NCBI GenBank assembly: GCA_964518425.1
Contig: CAZFGG010000003.1
Span: 9,634-73,633, forward strand
Direction of reading: 5' to 3'
DNA from: an uncultured Gammaproteobacteria bacterium
GTDB taxonomy: Bacteria; Patescibacteriota; Patescibacteriia; SBBC01; CAIJZX01
Length of the DNA: 64,000 bases
Both the position numbers and the translations under genes were made by a program. Position 1 is the first letter of the stretch; every line of letters begins with the position of its first letter. Below, one piece after another: positions 60,201 to 64,000 of the stretch. The notes under the pieces were generated by a model that saw nothing but the letters and a program-made list of their open reading frames with translations, was not told where the DNA came from and did no database searches.

Positions 60201-63200
60201 CAGTGATATTGATCGTCGGATTTTGGGCACTACCGTCAACCGTGACGTCAGCCGCGCCATTGGCATTGAGATAGAAATGGCTGGAGAAGGTGAGCGTCTG
60301 CGAACCAGCCGTCCCTAGGGTAACTGTTCGTAGCGTCGAGGCTGAGTTGTTGTAAAACTCGACTTGGCCGCCATACGTTCGGGCCGAGGCGGTTTGATTG
60401 TTGTTCGTAGCATCAAATCGGAGATGCGAACTGATCGTGCCCGAGGTGGGAAACGTCGTACTGCTTTGATAGACATACGTTCCGGAACCGGTGATTGTCC
60501 CGTTGAGCGTGAGCGTGGCGCCTGAATGGGTTAAGGTTCGGTTGACATTAATCGTGAGTGTTTTTGGAGAGTCGATTTGCAGTGTCCCCGACACCGTCAA
60601 ATCGGTATTTTGCAACGTCGTATCGTCAGAAATCGTCAGGGCGCTCAGCGTTTTTCCTCCGCCATCAATTGTTTTTGTCGACCCAGTCATAACGACTGTT
60701 GACGTACCAGCCGTCAACCCAGTCGAGCCAATGTTGAGATTGCCAGCCAAAGTATGGGTCGCGCTGGCTAAAGTAATCGTTCCACCGCCAGAGGTCGTGA
60801 AATTGTTTAATGTCTTTCCGTTCGACGTTAGCGTACCCGTGCCGTTCATGGCGAGCGTGCCAGAGTTATGGTTGAACGTGGTGACGTTTGTCAGGTCAAA
60901 GTTACCGCCGACAGTCCAGGTGTTCGAACCCATCGACAAGGTGATCGCGCCGTTGGCCGTTGAAGCGGTTACGTTGCCGGTAACATTGACCGCCGGGTTA
61001 TTCGTATTTCCAGCGATGATCATCGCCCCGCTACCGGTCGTTTGCATATCGAAATATCCAGAGAGCGTGTGCGTGCCATTCCCCAGTGTGAAGGTTCGCG
61101 ATGAACTCGAGGTGTTCAGAACTTCGATTGAACCATAATCCGTTCGAACCGCCGACGTCATGGCATTCGTGACCATGTCGTACCGGAGGATCAGAACGGC
61201 GGCGAGGGTGCCAGTCGTCGGGAAGGCTGTCGATGAACGGTAAATTAATTTTCCCGGCCCGTTGATCGTCCCATTCAGCGTCAAGGCACTGGCTCCAGTA
61301 TTCGAAAGCGTCAGTGTCCGACCGCTGTTCAGGGTGATGCTCTTCGTATTATCTACTTGCAATGTATTTGACGCCGTCAGATCGGTATTTTGTAAAGTTT
61401 CAGAACCGGAAATGGTCAAGTTGTACAAGGTTTGCCCACCTCCATCGATCGTCTTACTTGAACCGGTCATGGCGATCGTTGATGTGCCGGCGGTAATCGT
61501 CGCGCTCGAACCAAGCGTCAGGTTTCCGGCCAGCGTGTGCGTCGCGCTGGCTAAAGTAATAGCTCCTGATCCTGAGGTCGTGACGTTATTGAGGGTCTTA
61601 CCGTTCGAGGTTAGTGTTCCAGTTCCATTGAGTGCGAGAGTTCCCGAGTTATGGTTCAAGGTCGTAACGTTTGTCAGGTCAAAGTTGCCACCAACGGTCC
61701 ACGTATTCGAACCCATCGACAAGGTAATTGCGCCGCTGGCCGTCGAAGCTGTCACATTAGTCGTGACGTTGACTGCTGGATTATTGGTATCCGTCGCCAC
61801 GATCATCGCACCGCTGCCGGTCGTTTGCATGTCGAAGTATCCAGAGAGCGTGTGCGTCCCGTTACCGATCGTGAGCGTTCGGGACGAGCTGGAAGAGTTG
61901 AATGCCTCAATCGAACCATAGTCGGTCCGCACAGCCGACGTCATAGCGTTCGTGACCATGTCGTACCGAAGAATAAGGACTGCCGCTAAAGTCCCGGTCG
62001 TTGGGAAGGCTGTTGATGAACGGTAGATCAGGCGACCAGGACCGTTGATAGTGCCATTTAAGGTCAGCGCGCTCGCGCCAGTGTTCGACAGGGTGAGCGT
62101 CCGGCTGCTGTTGAGCGTAATACTATTCGTATTGTCTACCTGAAGGGTGCTCGAGACAGTTAAATCAGTGTTTTGTAAAGTCTCCGAACCTGAAATGGTT
62201 AGATTATTGAGGGTCAATCCTCCGCCATCAATCGTTTTCGAGGAACCGTTCATGACAACCGTCGATGTTCCGGCGGTTAATCCAACCGAGCCTAAGGTCA
62301 GGTTGCCAGTAATCGTATGCGTCGCATTGGCCAAGGTAACAGTTCCTATACCGGAGGTGGTGAAGTTGCCTAGGGTGCTGCTCCCCGTTGTGAGGGTTCC
62401 TGTACCGTTCATTACTAGCGTTCCTCCGCTTGAGGTAAACGTTCCTGAGTTTGTGAAGCTGCCACCAACGGTTAGTGAATTTGCGTCTGATGCGACGAAA
62501 ATGGCCGAGGCTGCGATGGTCATCGTGCTGGTCACAGTGATGGTTGGATCATTCGTTACGTTGGTAAACGTTAGGGCGTTCGTCCCGTTGCCGACGGTCA
62601 GGCTACCTTGGACGCCGAACGCGCCAGACTGGCCCGTATACGTTACCGTCCCAGCTGGCGTCAGGTTCAAGGTCCCGTAGTTTTGGGTCGAAACGTTTTG
62701 CGCGCTGGTTTGCTTATAGGTCGTCGTGCTTGTTGAGCCAAAGGTGTAGGTCGTGAAACCGGTCGGGAACGTTTGTGTTGTCCCGTCCATTTGGAAGGTG
62801 GCCAGGTTCTTCACTTCAAATGTTTTGCCGCTGGCGCCGGTGATATTGAGACTCCCGTTCTTAAACAGGACGCTCGACGTTGAACCGTCGCCGACCGTTA
62901 GGTTTCCGGTTAAGGTGGTAGCCGTCGGAGCTGCGTCTGGGGAAGCACCGCTGGCATTCGTATTCAGAATTTGCAGGTCATTGTACTGCGCTCCCGCGTT
63001 ACCCCAGGTGAAGTAGACCGTTTGGGCGGCTGAACCATTATAAACCCATTTACAGCCGGATGAACCAGGCGTCGAGGTGGCGCTGCCGGGATTGGTGATC
63101 GATCCGGAAATTTTTACTGTGGCCGCACCGCCGGAACAGTCAATCACTTGGTCAGCCACTGTCGCGTTCGAGGCGAAGGACAGACTGGTTGAGGCGGTCA

Positions 63201-64000
63201 TGGTTAATGTCCCGGTCGTCAAGATAATTTTATTAATGAAGTTGCCGGTATTTCCGCCGCTGAAGGTGATCGTTCCCGACACTTCGGCGGTCCCGGCGTT
63301 TATCAACCAACTACTAATCACTTGGTTATTGACCGGTTGGGTCAGGGCCACACTGCCAGAAATATTGAGGTCAATCCCGCTCGCTTGGGTAAAGGTGGTG
63401 GCCGTGTTGTTTGGGTTCCAGGTCAAGTTTCCACCGCCGATGGTGGCGTTGGTATTGAGTGTATAAGAAGAACCATTACCAAGGACCATGCCATAGAACG
63501 GCGTCAAGGATGACCCCCCGATGGTTTTGCTTGAGCCAATGAAGACAATGGTTTGGTTGCCGCCAGTAAATGGTGTCGTACTATTGTTCGTCCAGTTACC
63601 GGCGATCGTGAACCCAGCCACCATATTTAATGTCACCCCGGAATCAATGAAGAAATTCGGGTAGGTATAGGATCCCGGACGACCGTTGGCCGTGAAATGG
63701 AAATTTGACGTTGAATCGAAGGTACAGGTGCAGCCAGGAATAAAGTCTCCGCCGCTATTGACCGTTGCCGCGCCGCTCGTCGTAATTTTCGTATTGCCAC
63801 TCGTCCCAGCAAAGGTAAAGGCACCAACCGAGGTTATCGTTCCCGTACTGGCTTTCAGCTCAGCGGCGGTGACGGTACCGCCCGTGATTGAAATCGTCCC
63901 GGCCGTCAACGTGCAGGTCAGCATGTCGACTGTCGTTTTGCCGGTCTGGGCGGCAGTTGAGCTGCTGGTCATGGCAAAACCATTGGTGACAGTTAACGTG
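57205..64000 (-). CDS. Giant beta-helical adhesin-like protein, 5'-truncated by the window, ending in domain B
   Basis: G/T/S/N-rich beta-solenoid repeats; frame open to the edge (TLTVTNGFAM...); C-terminus homologous to 54897/56018, ending GAYTSNLTVVTTGRF. Confidence 0.8.
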   Translation of the reverse strand, partial: TLTVTNGFAMTSSSTAAQTGKTTVDMLTCTLTAGTISITGGTVTAAELKASTGTITSVGAFTFAGTSGNTKITTSGAATVNSGGDFIPGCTCTFDSTSNFHFTANGRPGSYTYPNFFIDSGVTLNMVAGFTIAGNWTNNSTTPFTGGNQTIVFIGSSKTIGGSSLTPFYGMVLGNGSSYTLNTNATIGGGNLTWNPNNTATTFTQASGIDLNISGSVALTQPVNNQVISSWLINAGTAEVSGTITFSGGNTGNFINKIILTTGTLTMTASTSLSFASNATVADQVIDCSGGAATVKISGSITNPGSATSTPGSSGCKWVYNGSAAQTVYFTWGNAGAQYNDLQILNTNASGASPDAAPTATTLTGNLTVGDGSTSSVLFKNGSLNITGASGKTFEVKNLATFQMDGTTQTFPTGFTTYTFGSTSTTTYKQTSAQNVSTQNYGTLNLTPAGTVTYTGQSGAFGVQGSLTVGNGTNALTFTNVTNDPTITVTSTMTIAASAIFVASDANSLTVGGSFTNSGTFTSSGGTLVMNGTGTLTTGSSTLGNFTTSGIGTVTLANATHTITGNLTLGSVGLTAGTSTVVMNGSSKTIDGGGLTLNNLTISGSETLQNTDLTVSSTLQVDNTNSITLNSSRTLTLSNTGASALTLNGTINGPGRLIYRSSTAFPTTGTLAAVLILRYDMVTNAMTSAVRTDYGSIEAFNSSSSSRTLTIGNGTHTLSGYFDMQTTGSGAMIVATDTNNPAVNVTTNVTASTASGAITLSMGSNTWTVGGNFDLTNVTTLNHNSGTLALNGTGTLTSNGKTLNNVTTSGSGAITLASATHTLAGNLTLGSSATITAGTSTIAMTGSSKTIDGGGQTLYNLTISGSETLQNTDLTASNTLQVDNTKSITLNSGRTLTLSNTGASALTLNGTINGPGKLIYRSSTAFPTTGTLAAVLILRYDMVTNAMTSAVRTDYGSIEVLNTSSSSRTFTLGNGTHTLSGYFDMQTTGSGAMIIAGNTNNPAVNVTGNVTASTANGAITLSMGSNTWTVGGNFDLTNVTTFNHNSGTLAMNGTGTLTSNGKTLNNFTTSGGGTITLASATHTLAGNLNIGSTGLTAGTSTVVMTGSTKTIDGGGKTLSALTISDDTTLQNTDLTVSGTLQIDSPKTLTINVNRTLTHSGATLTLNGTITGSGTYVYQSSTTFPTSGTISSHLRFDATNNNQTASARTYGGQVEFYNNSASTLRTVTLGTAGSQTLTFSSHFYLNANGAADVTVDGSAQNPTINITGDLDYTGTGSGEEVLVAGSGTWTVSGNVDFTSGFYAPQVKVINPAWDRTVFQDMHFDDAGLGCDLQSTIYSCQGASGASLEVAHVTGGDCVSNYPYDEDTYKSAMRFSLSTAFSGLGSSTITSSQLMVNVSTAASGQVLIGRTNVDSIDASSCSSGAPGGMYARQGVSQTYATATDWTSTGRKYYQLGATATSDVKSRIAGDITVATNYINDVDQFFDSSEGTVPPVMRVGYVSAGTPTLVMNGSSKTLTTDSNALYNLTLSGTITLANATHIIAGNLDMTGGTITAGSSTVLMEGTAATITGGNATLSGLNIDPESTGTVTLSGSDLTASGTVTVATGDTLSLGASRTLTHSGSTLNLNGTISGSGTLVYQSTTAFPTTGTISSPLRFDATGGNQTMSNRTYGGNVEIYNNSGSSARTVTMLSSTHTLSGTLTITANNSQNVTLAGATNNPTVNLTGDFAFSKPSSGTPTMTMGSGTWTMSGNVDLTNGTVTAGTSTLTMDGTSKNLTGGSATLSSLTIGGTISLATSDLTVGTTLTVNNTKTLTLNASRTLTLSGTSGTTLSLSGTIGGNTGTLNYQNTGTAFPTTGTVNSIVRFDTVSGNVTMSNRTYGGDVEIYGNTANVRSVTMSAGTHNLSANLKIITGASQSQILTLSGSNNPVVNLTGNLTYTKGGSATPAITTGTGAWTVSGNFDASNGTFTPTTNNTLTLNGSSQQTVSGSPTFYNLTITNSSGSDPDSSPSVILASGLTTNNTFTAATNDVKLRFNAGSTYTLTAINFSGTSGHFVTLHSSAGGSQWHINAGSGSRTITFASVKDSEACSSTGGVIDASDGTNKNEGDNDCWTFAKLTVSLSGNSVAFGTLTTGQVYQGSISSTVTTTGSGGYVSVVSYDHTLQSGANTIADTTGSPPNNMSAGTSGFGASTSQAGNTIAQWNPTSCATTASASSATPLSTSAKSFASSSGTVSGQATTLCLLTALSGTQVPGAYTSNLTVVTTGRF

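Noticed and set aside
57611-63513. Long plus-strand Val/Pro-rich ORFs
   Set aside because: Antisense shadows of the Thr/Gly/Asn-rich adhesin codons
1-64000. CRISPR array, prophage or IS element
   Set aside because: No regularly spaced repeats and no cas, integrase, transposase or phage structural genes recognised

Overview
Gene-dense bacterial chromosomal window, mostly on the minus strand, using standard code 11 (TGA stops; prfB present). The gene content suggests a Patescibacteria/CPR genome; this is inferred from the VirB2-like pilin fusion, cohesin proteins, PsbP-like repeats and the domain-inserted tRNA synthetase. Housekeeping genes: recO, ileS (with an inserted histidine-phosphatase domain), argS, hisS, smpB, tmRNA, infC-rpmI-rplT, frameshifted prfB, ftsA, ftsZ, ybeY, rpsU, lepB, split comEC, tRNA-Asp and tRNA-Val. 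A B12 module comprises a cobalamin riboswitch, DUF4430/DUF6580 uptake genes, an adenosyltransferase, class II RNR nrdJ, and nrdR with NrdR boxes. The top candidate for an undescribed system is the co-oriented surface locus at 47.6-64 kb. Its parts share two domains (A and B) in a complementary pattern: a giant beta-helical adhesin ending in B, two A+B subunits behind a consensus promoter, a DUF916-like membrane protein, an A+Ig+dockerin adaptor, three membrane-anchored cohesin proteins and a Dpm1-like glycosyltransferase. This suggests a fibre tethered to the cell by cohesin-dockerin binding. Also notable: a reusable N-terminal membrane-anchor module, an unannotated 35-aa membrane peptide between ftsA and ftsZ, nested REP-like elements and many near-leaderless promoters. 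Family assignments come from motif recognition by eye; no database searches were run.
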